From Chryseobacterium ginsenosidimutans (lineage in GTDB: Bacteria; Bacteroidota; Bacteroidia; Flavobacteriales; Weeksellaceae), in contig NZ_JANUCO010000001.1 in assembly GCF_024807225.1 (NCBI RefSeq), forward strand, positions 1,471,276 through 1,503,275: 32,000 nt of DNA. The letters are read 5' to 3'. The position numbers and the translations under genes are program-made. The notes beneath the pieces are model-generated. The model was not told the origin of the DNA and did not search any database. It saw only the letters and a program-made list of their open reading frames with translations. Of the stretch, positions 1 through 8,318 are shown piece by piece. Within the stretch, counting starts at the first letter, position 1; each line of letters begins with the position of its first letter.

Positions 1-174
1 GGGCAGATTGGCGGCGGTTTCGAGTATATATTTGCCAAAAATGTCGGCATCAGAGCTTCTTCACAATATGATCTTGGTTTTAAAGACAAATGGGAAGGAT
101 TGATAAATGGTCAAAGAAAAGATCAGGCATTACGATTCGCAATAGGTCTCAATTTTTACATTGGTAACAAATAA
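1..174 (+). CDS. 3' end of an upstream gene (C-terminal 57 aa, ...RFAIGLNFYIGNK*); outer-membrane beta-barrel-like tail
   Basis: Frame 1 is open from base 1 to TAA at 172-174. Alternating hydrophobic/aromatic C-terminal strand. Shorter than the ORF-track cutoff. Confidence 0.4.
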   Translation, partial: GQIGGGFEYIFAKNVGIRASSQYDLGFKDKWEGLINGQRKDQALRFAIGLNFYIGNK

Positions 175-184
175 AACATGAACT

Positions 185-1696
185 ATGAAAACTTTACTAA
201 AAATTCTCAGCATATTCATCTTTTCTCTGTTTTTGTTTTCCTGTAATGAAGAGCTTGTAGATCAGGCTCAGACAGGAAGTCTGAAAGGGAAAGTAGTAAA
301 AAGAGGAACCAACCAGCCAATTGCCAATGTGAAAGTCTTTACTTCACCAAGCACGCAAACAGTTTTTACGGGAGCAGACGGTTCTTTTGAAATCGCAGGA
401 ATGCCGATCGGAAATTATTCTGTAAAAGCAGAACTTACGGGGTATGTCACCAATTATCAGGCGGTGAATATTCAGACGCAAAATCAGGCGGTGAGCGTGG
501 TTTTTGAAATGGATGATGATGAATCATTAAATTCTCCTCCGACTGCACCATTATTATTAAGTCCGGTAGATAATGCCGTCAATCAGCCTTTGAGTGTAGA
601 ATTAACTTGGAGTTCCACAGATCCTGATGCAACGGATGTTTTAAAATATAATTTAACTGTAAAAAATAATGTCAACACGAATATCATTCAGATTAATGAT
701 CTTACGGCGACGCATTATACTTTGTCAAATTTAAATTATGGAGTAAGCTACTTTTGGCAGGTTTCCGTTTCGGATGAAATTCATTCTCCGGTTCTGAGTG
801 CGATCAGTAAATTTACGACCAATACAGTTCCTACCAATCGTTATCATTATGTTCAGAAACAAAGCGGAAACCTCGTTATTATTTCGAGTGATGCTTCGGG
901 AACCAATTTTCAGTTTACAAATCCGTCTTACAATAGTTGGAGACCGAGAAAAAATAACAATTCGGGATTGGTCGCTTTTTTAAGAACAGAAGGGGGAAGC
1001 AACCATATTTATACGGCAAATCCGGATGGTTCGAATCCTTTTAAAGTAACCACAGTTCCGGTTGCAGGATTTAGAAATGATGAGCTCGATTTTTCTTGGA
1101 GTACAAACGGACAGGAAATTCTTTATGCCAATTTTAATAAATTATACAGAATCAATAAAGATGGAAGTGGATTAAACTTAGTCTACACAACTCCCGACGG
1201 AAGCATGATTTCCGAATGTGACTGGAGCTACGACGGAAGTAAGATTGCTTTAAAAACAAACGACTTCAACGGTTACAATACCAAAATATACGTCATAGAC
1301 ATGATGGGAAATGTTCTGAAAACAGTTCTCACCGGTACTCTTGGAGCAAGTGGCGGACTTAACTTCTCTGTCGACGGACAAATGTTGGTGTATACACGCG
1401 ATATGTCCGGTTATCAGGACAGTTCGGGAAATTACAGACAGCTTGATTCTCATATTTTTGTTTATAATTTAACAACAAATACGAACTACGATATTTCGTT
1501 AGAAAGCGAAAAAGTACTAGGGACGAATGATCTAGATCCAAGATTTTCTCCGAATAATGCACAGGTAATTTTCATGAATACTTCTAATGATAACATCTCC
1601 CAGCGGAATGTTATGGTTGTTGATTTGAACAGTTCGATGACGGATCTCACTAGAGCTGCTCTTTTCAGCAATGCGGAAATGCCGGATTATGAGTAA
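185..1696 (+). CDS. Exported lipoprotein: carboxypeptidase-regulatory-like domain + FN3-like domain + TolB/PD40-like beta-propeller
   Basis: 503-aa ORF. Signal peptide with lipobox (LFLFSC). GSLKGKVV...G.PIANVKVF...TGADGSFEI motif typical of CarboxypepD_reg. Repeated 'DGS...IY/LY' PD40-like blades in the C-terminal half. Confidence 0.8.
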   Translation: MKTLLKILSIFIFSLFLFSCNEELVDQAQTGSLKGKVVKRGTNQPIANVKVFTSPSTQTVFTGADGSFEIAGMPIGNYSVKAELTGYVTNYQAVNIQTQNQAVSVVFEMDDDESLNSPPTAPLLLSPVDNAVNQPLSVELTWSSTDPDATDVLKYNLTVKNNVNTNIIQINDLTATHYTLSNLNYGVSYFWQVSVSDEIHSPVLSAISKFTTNTVPTNRYHYVQKQSGNLVIISSDASGTNFQFTNPSYNSWRPRKNNNSGLVAFLRTEGGSNHIYTANPDGSNPFKVTTVPVAGFRNDELDFSWSTNGQEILYANFNKLYRINKDGSGLNLVYTTPDGSMISECDWSYDGSKIALKTNDFNGYNTKIYVIDMMGNVLKTVLTGTLGASGGLNFSVDGQMLVYTRDMSGYQDSSGNYRQLDSHIFVYNLTTNTNYDISLESEKVLGTNDLDPRFSPNNAQVIFMNTSNDNISQRNVMVVDLNSSMTDLTRAALFSNAEMPDYE

Positions 1697-1718
1697 TCGG
1701 ATATTTTATCTGCAAAAG

Positions 1719-1774
1719 TGGTCAATCATGGCAAGTGAATCGCGAATTTTATTATTTGCGATTCACAATTGACC
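1719..1774. repeat. Nested inverted repeat, possible terminator or structured element after the 185..1696 gene
   Basis: Outer arms tggtcaat (1719-1726) / attgacca (1767-1774). Inner perfect 9-bp arms gtgaatcgc (1735-1743) / gcgattcac (1758-1766). No clean T-run follows. Confidence 0.35.
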
Positions 1775-1826
1775 ATCGACTTCAATTTTAAAAATCAGAT
1801 TTTGATTTTTTTCATGGTAATTAAAA

Positions 1827-1856
1827 GAAATTCCAAACCCGTAGGTTTGGAATTTC
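1827..1856 (-). terminator. Rho-independent terminator of the LuxR-type gene (minus strand)
   Basis: Perfect 13-bp stem gaaattccaaacc / ggtttggaatttc with loop cgta. On the minus strand it is followed by TTTT. Lies 26 nt past the stop at 1882. Confidence 0.65.
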
Positions 1857-1881
1857 TCAGCTAATTAAGGATGGTTATATA

Positions 1882-2532
1882 TCAGTCTATGATATGATTT
1901 TCTAATGCGTATTTTACAACTCCTACCGAGTTTTTTACGTTGAGTTTTAAAAGGATTCTTTTTCTGTGCGTTTCCACCGTATTGATGCTTATGAACAGCT
2001 TTTCTGAGATGTCTTTGCTGCTGAATCCGTCACAGATAAGTCTTAGGATTTCCATTTCACGTTTCGTGAGCGGATCTTTGATGTGTATCTTACTGTTGTC
2101 GTTTTCGTTGCTGATGAAATTAATCATTCTGTCTTTGGCATGGTTGCAAACATAAACCTCGTTGAGAAGCAGCGCCTGGATTGATTTTATAAATTCGTCG
2201 TAGCTGCTGTTTTTGTCCAGATAGCTTTTGATTCCTTTGTTGAATAGTTTTCGGATATCAATAATATCATAATCATTTCCGATAATAATGATCTTTATTG
2301 ATTTGTTTTCTGAGGTAATATTTTCTATTGATTTGTAAAGATCCGTAAAGATCAACATATTTGAGCTTATCATAAGAAACTCCGGAGGATCATCTCTTAG
2401 AAGTATTTTAAGGGCTTCAGGACAATTGCAAATATCAATTGTAGTGAAAATACCACTTTGGTCGAGAAGTCTTGAAAGTCCTTCTGTGTACAATAGAGGC
2501 TCGTCAAAGATGGTTAATCTGGGTCTCATCAT
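1882..2532 (-). CDS. Orphan NarL/LuxR-family response-regulator-like protein with degenerate receiver (phosphoacceptor Asp replaced by Ser)
   Basis: 216 aa. C-terminal LuxR HTH (LTKREMEILRLICDGFSSKDISEKLFISINTVETHRKRILLKLNV). N-terminal receiver-like fold, but the position aligned to NarL LLDLNMP reads MISSNML. No histidine kinase nearby. Confidence 0.85.
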   Translation of the reverse strand: MMRPRLTIFDEPLLYTEGLSRLLDQSGIFTTIDICNCPEALKILLRDDPPEFLMISSNMLIFTDLYKSIENITSENKSIKIIIIGNDYDIIDIRKLFNKGIKSYLDKNSSYDEFIKSIQALLLNEVYVCNHAKDRMINFISNENDNSKIHIKDPLTKREMEILRLICDGFSSKDISEKLFISINTVETHRKRILLKLNVKNSVGVVKYALENHIID

Positions 2533-2582
2533 GATTAGTTTTGTTTATATAAAAATAAGAAAAATAATTGAACTTTTGCATT

Positions 2583-2631
2583 AAATAATTAAAATAATCG
2601 CATTATTTGTGTTGAAATAATTAAAATAATC
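2583..2631. repeat. Two perfect 17-bp direct repeats (aaataattaaaataatc) 32 bp apart in the regulator's upstream region
   Basis: Copies at 2583-2599 and 2615-2631, read directly from the sequence. Confidence 0.5.
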
Positions 2632-2756
2632 TAAAAATTAATGCTGATTTCATAAATAATTCCCTTTGAGTGGAGTTTTGATGCCGAAAAATAGAATTAT
2701 TGCCTTAAAAAGTCAGTATTAATCGTTATTTTGAATAGGTAAAAATTTAATTAAAT

Positions 2757-3227
2757 TTACTTAACTAACACTTTTGGGATATGTTTTACAATGAAGTTTA
2801 CAGAATTGGCGATGAAACAAAATTCATTTGCTTTATGATGAAGTTCCGTTGCTTTTTCAATCATCGATTCTTCTGAAACGGTAACAGTCGGATGTAAGGT
2901 AATTTCAGTGAAACGACCGCTTCCATTTTCTGTTTCTTCCATAATTCCGGTGGCGCGATCGGTATAATCTGTCACTATAATTCCTGCTTCCGAGCAAAAA
3001 TGCAAATACCACAACATATGACAAGAGGAAAGCGAAGACAAAAACAGTTCTTCAGGATTGTATTTCGTTTTGTCACCACGAAAAGCCGGATCAGAAGAAC
3101 CTTCAATAACAGGTTTGTTTTCTACAGAAATCGTATGACTTCTTTCGTAATCACGATAATTGCTGGTTCCTGTTCCTTTATTGCCCGTCCATTCGATGAT
3201 GGTTTTGTAATGGTGCTCTTTGCTCAT
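2757..3227 (-). CDS. OsmC/Ohr-family peroxiredoxin-like protein
   Basis: 156 aa. Family-typical layout: (W.G..G.G...Y....H.I......I.GS.DP.F.GD....NPEELF..SLSSCHML.Y), with the paired Cys-containing helix. Confidence 0.85.
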   Translation of the reverse strand: MSKEHHYKTIIEWTGNKGTGTSNYRDYERSHTISVENKPVIEGSSDPAFRGDKTKYNPEELFLSSLSSCHMLWYLHFCSEAGIIVTDYTDRATGIMEETENGSGRFTEITLHPTVTVSEESMIEKATELHHKANEFCFIANSVNFIVKHIPKVLVK

Positions 3228-4153
3228 TTTTTTATTTTAAATGAAGTTTTATAGATTTTGCTTAATCCATTTTCGCCTTCATTAATGTATTGCTGAAAAT
3301 CTGAAATCGTATTGAATTTTCTGGGATTCAGGTTATTTCTTTTGCTTGTAAAATACAGGATTTCATTTTTCTCATCGTAAAAAGGGCAATATTCCATGTA
3401 TTTTGTGTTGATGGGAATTCCCAGATTTTGTGCTTTTTGCCATTTTCCGGTAGTATCTTTCTTTGAAATATAAAGATCACCACTTCCAAATCCTCCTTTT
3501 TCATTGTATTTCGTGAAAAGGATAAAGTCCTCTTTTTTAGAAATAAAGGCATTAAATTCATAACCGGAACTGTTGATGTTTTCATCTAAAAGCTGAGGTT
3601 CCGTATATTTTCCGTTTTCCCATTTGCTGAAATAGAGGTCGTCTTTTCCTATTCCTTTTGGAGGTTCCATCGTGGAATATAGATTTCCGTTGTCGGAAAG
3701 GGTAGGGTAAAATTCATTTAAATCAGAATTAACAGGTTTTCCCATATTGATTGGTTCAGACCAAGAAGAGTTTTTATTTTTCCTTTCAATAAACCAGATG
3801 TCGAAATCTTTTTTGTCGGTCTTTGTTTTGTCTAAAGGCTGATCCGATACAAAATAAAGGCGATTTCCGTTTTGTGCTAAAAAGGGTTCTAAATAGGAAT
3901 AAGCTCCGTTAAATGACATCAATTGCGGCTCAAGCCAAGTGTTGTTGCTCTTTTTTATATAAGCAATCTGCGAAATATCCTGATTCGGACTTTGAATCGT
4001 AAAAAATGCCTCACTTCCGTCTTCAGAAATCGAAAAATCTCTCACATTTAAAAACTGATTCAGCTTTTGATCAAACAAGGTAATCTCACCTGAATCCTGA
4101 GCGGAGATAAAAACCGTACAAAAAATAAAGAGGGAAGTGAATATATTTTTCAT
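3224..4153 (-). CDS. Exported TolB/PD40-like beta-propeller repeat protein
   Basis: 309 aa. Signal peptide (FCTVFISAQD). Repeated 'E..P.LS.DG..LYF' PD40-like motifs. Its stop overlaps the downstream OsmC start by 4 nt (ATGA). Confidence 0.75.
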   Translation of the reverse strand: MKNIFTSLFIFCTVFISAQDSGEITLFDQKLNQFLNVRDFSISEDGSEAFFTIQSPNQDISQIAYIKKSNNTWLEPQLMSFNGAYSYLEPFLAQNGNRLYFVSDQPLDKTKTDKKDFDIWFIERKNKNSSWSEPINMGKPVNSDLNEFYPTLSDNGNLYSTMEPPKGIGKDDLYFSKWENGKYTEPQLLDENINSSGYEFNAFISKKEDFILFTKYNEKGGFGSGDLYISKKDTTGKWQKAQNLGIPINTKYMEYCPFYDEKNEILYFTSKRNNLNPRKFNTISDFQQYINEGENGLSKIYKTSFKIKK

Positions 4154-4163
4154 GGTTTGTGTT

Positions 4164-4346
4164 TTATTTGGATAAGAGGGCGTAGAATTTTAAGGAATTG
4201 AGGATTTCCTTCTGAACGCGAATGAAATTTTTAGAATTTAAAGAATCCTCAATTGCAGATATTTTACTAAAAGCAATAGAATCTTTCTTTTGTCCAAAAA
4301 CAGAAAAAGAAACCATAAATAGAATAAAAGAAAATATAATTTTCAT
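4164..4346 (-). CDS. Small hypothetical exported protein (60 aa)
   Basis: ORF with an N-terminal hydrophobic signal-like segment, located 10 nt upstream of the next gene. No recognisable domain. Confidence 0.3.
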   Translation of the reverse strand: MKIIFSFILFMVSFSVFGQKKDSIAFSKISAIEDSLNSKNFIRVQKEILNSLKFYALLSK

Positions 4347-4465
4347 CTCGGTACATTAGTTTTATAAGAAAGATAAAATTATGAAAATCATATTACGTGT
4401 GAAAACGAAAAACCCCCGTATTTTTACGGAGATTTTGAATTTCAATATATTAGAATATTCTATTG

Positions 4466-4621
4466 CTAATTTTTTATTATCTTTTTTGTTACAGCTTTTC
4501 CATTTTCAAATTTTACGTTTAAGATGTACATACTTTTTGAAAGTTCAGAAAGATTCGTGTTGTTTTCTTTAATTGTTTTCACAAGCTTTCCATCAACAGA
4601 ATACATTTCTATGCTGCTTAC
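4466..4621 (-). pseudogene. Detached T9SS type-A C-terminal sorting domain (out of frame with 4618..5886)
   Basis: The -1 frame after the A9 tract reads VSSIEMYSVDGKLVKTIKENNTNLSELSKSMYILNVKFENGKAVTKKIIKN*. Joined to the preceding ...FENPVKQNLVFSTKKK this makes a textbook Por_Secre_tail. Confidence 0.7.
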
Positions 4622-5886
4622 TTTTTTTTTGTGCTGAAAACTAAGTTTTGCTTTACAGGATTCTCAAATTCAATAGAAGAGGTATTTGTTTTTACTTCAT
4701 TGGAAACAGATAATGTAGAAGTATTCAACATGAATTTTAAAATCTTATTTACGCCTTTTGTAGCAATAATACTGTTGTCGTTAATGATCATTTCGCCAAT
4801 AAAATCAACTGTTCCTGTTGTCTCAGAATAATAATTAAAGATAGGGTCAATAGCTCCGGTTGAGGTAATTTTAGATATAAAGAAGGTTTCGCCTAATGAT
4901 CCGGTTAATCCTGAAATATAATAATTTCCGTTTTTTTCGGTAATTGCGGCTAATGCCATTATATTGAAGGGGAAAGAATTACTGTCGAAGACAAAAGTAG
5001 TATCGTGATCTCCGTTGGGTTTTATTCTAAAGATTTCATTATTAATATTCGAACATACAATATTGTTATTGCTATCCATAAAAGTAGAACCAACGGCTCC
5101 CGGATTTGAGGTAAAAGCTAAAACACCGTTATTTCCAAAACCTGTAAGAGGTTGCCCGTTATTGTTGTATTTTTCTAAAGCACCGTATGGATATATATTG
5201 GTGTTATTTTGATTGCTGATAAAGCTAGTAATGTTGGATTGATTATCTAAGAATATAAAATTTCCCGGAGTGTTGAAAGAACCATTATTTCCGAAAGTTG
5301 TATCAATGCTTCCATTGCTGTTTAATCTGTAAATACTTTTATAATGAATATATGGACCAGGATCGGATGTTGCTTGTCCGTAAACTATTATTTTATTGTT
5401 TTGAAGGTAGAAACCATAGCCTACGCTGTTGTAATCTGTTCCGATGTTGTCAATTTTAGCAATTCCATTTATTCCAAAAGTCGTATCGAGCAGTCCGTTT
5501 GGAAGTAATCTCACAATTGCAGATCCGTTAGAATAAAAACACATGACGAGAATTTTGCCGTCTGTTTGTTTTTTTAGCTCACTTTGTACAGCGCTGAAAT
5601 AATTATTAATTATGGTTTCTCCGTTATTTCCGAAAGAGGTGTCAACTGTTCCGTTCGCATTAAGTTTAGATACAACACATTCGGAACCTCCTAATGAAGG
5701 ATTATCTTTTGCGTAAGTAAAATAAATGCTGTTGTCTGAATTTTGAATAATTCTGTTCTCATAATAATTATTAGAACCGGTGACAGTATATTTCCCGTTT
5801 GAAGCAAAAGAATTGTCGTAGGATAGAATTTGTGCAAAAGCAGAATGTACTACAGTAAGTAGCACAAGAAATAGGAGTTTTCTCAT
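4618..5886 (-). CDS. Secreted delta-60-repeat (D.sFG.NG) beta-propeller protein, T9SS cargo truncated by a homopolymer frameshift
   Basis: 422 aa. Signal peptide (HSAFAQ). About seven D(T/N)(S/T)FG(N)NG motifs spaced roughly 50-60 residues apart. The ORF ends inside the start of a T9SS CTD at an A9 run (4622-4630). Confidence 0.8.
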   Translation of the reverse strand: MRKLLFLVLLTVVHSAFAQILSYDNSFASNGKYTVTGSNNYYENRIIQNSDNSIYFTYAKDNPSLGGSECVVSKLNANGTVDTSFGNNGETIINNYFSAVQSELKKQTDGKILVMCFYSNGSAIVRLLPNGLLDTTFGINGIAKIDNIGTDYNSVGYGFYLQNNKIIVYGQATSDPGPYIHYKSIYRLNSNGSIDTTFGNNGSFNTPGNFIFLDNQSNITSFISNQNNTNIYPYGALEKYNNNGQPLTGFGNNGVLAFTSNPGAVGSTFMDSNNNIVCSNINNEIFRIKPNGDHDTTFVFDSNSFPFNIMALAAITEKNGNYYISGLTGSLGETFFISKITSTGAIDPIFNYYSETTGTVDFIGEMIINDNSIIATKGVNKILKFMLNTSTLSVSNEVKTNTSSIEFENPVKQNLVFSTKKK

Positions 5887-5932
5887 TTGTGTTTAAAGTT
5901 TTTTTGTGTATTTTGGTGCAAATATATAAAAA

Positions 5933-5956
5933 AACCTCTAGTAAAAACTAGAGGTT
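5933..5956 (-). terminator. Rho-independent terminator after RNase G
   Basis: 9-bp stem aacctctag / ctagaggtt with loop taaaaa. A T-run follows on the minus strand (complement of ataaaaa at 5926-5932). Confidence 0.6.
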
Positions 5957-5968
5957 TAAAATTTTGTA

Positions 5969-7528
5969 TTAATTAGAATATCCAATCAATTCTTCTTTTT
6001 TAGAATTATAAATTTTGTATTCTAAGTACTTAAAAGAATCCCGCGGAATAATGTTTACCCATTTTTTGTATTTGATGAACCATTTCATCTGGATGCTTTT
6101 GATACCTTTCGTAAGGTAAGCTTCCACAAATGGATGTACATGCAGGTAAAGCTTTCCTTTTTCCTTTTGCATGATGGTTCTTAGGTTTTCTTCCATTCTT
6201 TCAACAATGACGATTGGAGCTACAATTTCTCCGTCTTTGTTGGGGTTTTCTTCTTTGGTGTCGATCTGTTTTTCCGGGCGGTTTCTTTGTCTGGTGATTT
6301 GTATTAATCCAAACTTGCTCGGTGGAAGGATTTTGTGGCGTGCTTTATCGCGGCCCATTTCTGCCTTCAGATGTTCGTACAGATCTCTTCTGTGTTCGGG
6401 GTTGGTCATATCGATGAAGTCGATCACGATGATGCCACCCATATCACGGAGACGCAATTGTCTTGCGATCTCGGTTGCTGCCATTTTGTTCACATTTAGT
6501 GCGTGTTCTTTATTGACAGCGGCTCCGGTTGTGATATTATTTCCGGAATTTACGTCGACTACGTGCAGTGCTTCTGTATGTTCTATGACAAGATAGGCAC
6601 CTTTTGAGCTTGGGATATTGACGTGTTTTCCAAAGCTTTGCTTGAGCTGTTTTTCAACATTGTAATATTCCAGAAGAGGAATATGAGAATTATAAAAGTG
6701 GACAATATTCTTTCTTTCCGGAGCAATAACCTCCAGATAGTTTTTCATTTCTTCAACCATTTGTTCGTCATCACAAGTAATGCTCACAAAATCCTGGTTA
6801 AAATTGTCTCTTAAAATAGCTGAAGCTTTATCATCTTCGCTTAAGATTCTAGACGGAACTTTATTTTTCTGTATATTTTTAAAAGCAGTTTCCCATTTCT
6901 GAATCAGCTGATTCATGTCGTTGTGCAGGTCGGCTACTTTTTTACCTTCGGCTACGGTTCTTATAATGACTCCGAATCCTTCAGGTTTAATACTTTCGAT
7001 CAACGTTCTCAGTCTTTCTTTTTCCTCAAAGCTTCTTACTTTTTTGGAAATCGAAACTTTGTTGTCGAAAGGTATTAACACCAAGAAACGCCCCGTTAAA
7101 GAAACCTGAGTAGAAATTCTCGGTCCTTTTGTAGAGATCGGCTCTTTGGTGATTTGTAATAAAACAAGGTCATCTTTTACGATTACTTTGTCTACGGTTC
7201 CGTTTTTATCTATTTCGGGTTGTATTTCGAAATTTTTTAAGCTTGAAGTGCTCTGTTTTTTGGAAATAGTGTCTCTTAGAAACTTTCTGTAAGTAAGATA
7301 CTGTGGTCCCAGATCCTGATAATGAAGGAATGCATCCTTGTCATATCCGATGTTTACGAATGCGGCATTCAGGTTGGGTGCCAGTTTTTTTACTTTTCCA
7401 ACGAACAGATCTCCAACTATAAAATCGCTTTTGTCCTCTTGCTCATGAAGTTCACATAGTCTTCCGTCTTCCAGCAGTACAATCTTTGTAAGATCGTCTT
7501 CATGCGAAACTATTAGTTCTTTCTTCAT
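5969..7528 (-). CDS. rng: Ribonuclease E/G family endoribonuclease (RNase G)
   Basis: 519 aa. N-terminal S1 domain (GDLFVGKVKKLAPNLNAAFVNIGYDKDAFLH). Catalytic core motifs (GAYLVIEHTEALHVVDVNSG, GGIIVIDFIDM, FGLIQITRQR). Confidence 0.9.
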   Translation of the reverse strand: MKKELIVSHEDDLTKIVLLEDGRLCELHEQEDKSDFIVGDLFVGKVKKLAPNLNAAFVNIGYDKDAFLHYQDLGPQYLTYRKFLRDTISKKQSTSSLKNFEIQPEIDKNGTVDKVIVKDDLVLLQITKEPISTKGPRISTQVSLTGRFLVLIPFDNKVSISKKVRSFEEKERLRTLIESIKPEGFGVIIRTVAEGKKVADLHNDMNQLIQKWETAFKNIQKNKVPSRILSEDDKASAILRDNFNQDFVSITCDDEQMVEEMKNYLEVIAPERKNIVHFYNSHIPLLEYYNVEKQLKQSFGKHVNIPSSKGAYLVIEHTEALHVVDVNSGNNITTGAAVNKEHALNVNKMAATEIARQLRLRDMGGIIVIDFIDMTNPEHRRDLYEHLKAEMGRDKARHKILPPSKFGLIQITRQRNRPEKQIDTKEENPNKDGEIVAPIVIVERMEENLRTIMQKEKGKLYLHVHPFVEAYLTKGIKSIQMKWFIKYKKWVNIIPRDSFKYLEYKIYNSKKEELIGYSN

Positions 7529-7756
7529 TTTGTTGTAAGATAAAATTGTTAAGATGGTGGGAAATTGATGTCTTTTTCATCAATATAAATTTCTCCTTAA
7601 GATAAGAAATACTCTTGAAAGAATAAACTTTTTTGATAAAAAATAAATTCATCTTTTCCTTCGACATCTCATAGTTGCAAAACAAAATATAGTCGGTGAG
7701 TTTTTAAAACTAAAATCACCAACTATATTGTATATTGTAAATCTCAAAAAAAGAGA

Positions 7757-7846
7757 TTATTTTTTCTTATGTCTGTTCGCTCTTCTTCTTTTCTTTCTTT
7801 TGTGAGTTGCAACCTTGTGTCTTTTTCTTTTCTTTCCGCTTGGCAT
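7757..7846 (-). CDS. 29-aa highly basic protein MPSGKKRKRHKVATHKRKKRRRANRHKKK (bS22 / AURKAIP1-COX24-like small ribosomal-type protein)
   Basis: ATG at 7846-7844, TAA at 7759-7757, between hup and the rng upstream region on the same strand. Absent from the ORF track because it is under 60 aa. The family assignment is from memory of Bacteroidota annotations. Confidence 0.6.
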   Translation of the reverse strand: MPSGKKRKRHKVATHKRKKRRRANRHKKK

Positions 7847-7888
7847 AATTATAATTTTTTAGTAACTAGTTAATATTCAGTTAATGTC

Positions 7889-8179
7889 TTATTTTACTGT
7901 AACTTTCGTTTTTACTTTCTCCACAAAAGATTTTGAGGGCTTGAAAGCAGGAATGTTATGAGCAGGGATTTCAATTGCAGTATTCTTAGAAATGTTTCTT
8001 CCCGTTTTAGCTGCCCTTGTTTTAATGATAAAAGATCCAAAACCTCTTAGATAAACGTTATCTCCATTATACATAGAAGTCCTGATTTCTTGCATAAAAG
8101 CCTCTACAACTTTCTGTGTTTCATTCTTTTCGGTTCCCAACTTATTTGAGATGGTGTTTACCAATTCTGCCTTTGTCAT
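7889..8179 (-). CDS. hup: HU/IHF-family DNA-binding protein
   Basis: 96 aa. Family signature (MTKAELV..I........V..F...I......G..V.LRGFGSF......A..GRN..T...I.IPA...P.FKP). Confidence 0.9.
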   Translation of the reverse strand: MTKAELVNTISNKLGTEKNETQKVVEAFMQEIRTSMYNGDNVYLRGFGSFIIKTRAAKTGRNISKNTAIEIPAHNIPAFKPSKSFVEKVKTKVTVK

Positions 8180-8209
8180 TTCCTTTTTAAATTTTAAATT
8201 TTAGGTGTG

Positions 8210-8217
8210 CAAATTTA
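8210..8217 (-). promoter_or_regulatory. Candidate Bacteroidota -7 promoter box for hup (TAAATTTG on the minus strand)
   Basis: Plus-strand caaattta matches TAnnTTTG on the minus strand, 31 nt upstream of the hup ATG. Confidence 0.35.
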
Positions 8218-8318
8218 GTTAAAAAAATTGAATATTAGCAAATTAGTGATAAAATATTTTTCGATAAGAGGTTGAAAATTTAATGTTTACTTTATATTAA
8301 AACAATATTAACTCACCT

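Noticed and set aside
4381-4572. 63-aa plus-strand ORF in the apparent gap downstream of the delta-60-repeat gene
   Set aside because: The opposite strand of the same interval encodes a clean T9SS C-terminal sorting domain, which explains the open frame as a shadow.
6171-6596. 141-aa plus-strand ORF inside rng, together with similar antisense ORFs from the track (e.g. 798..983, 1250..1671, 1940..2155, 3000..3254, 3328..3585, 4631..5212, 6623..7109, 8367..8615, 10354..10581, 10666..11238, 11481..11714, 13988..14575, 14834..15161, 15672..15863, 16938..17135, 19862..20186, 20919..21146, 22989..23391, 24078..24389, 24959..25207, 25472..25710, 26502..27620, 30657..30890)
   Set aside because: Each is fully overlapped by an ORF on the other strand or in another frame that has a recognisable domain or signal peptide. 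Their translations are low-complexity (Leu/Ser/Phe/Arg-rich), typical of shadow frames in AT-rich DNA.
7500-7685. 61-aa minus-strand ORF overlapping the rng start
   Set aside because: It overlaps the well-supported rng N-terminus (S1 domain begins right after MKKELIV...). Its composition is that of AT-rich leader sequence.
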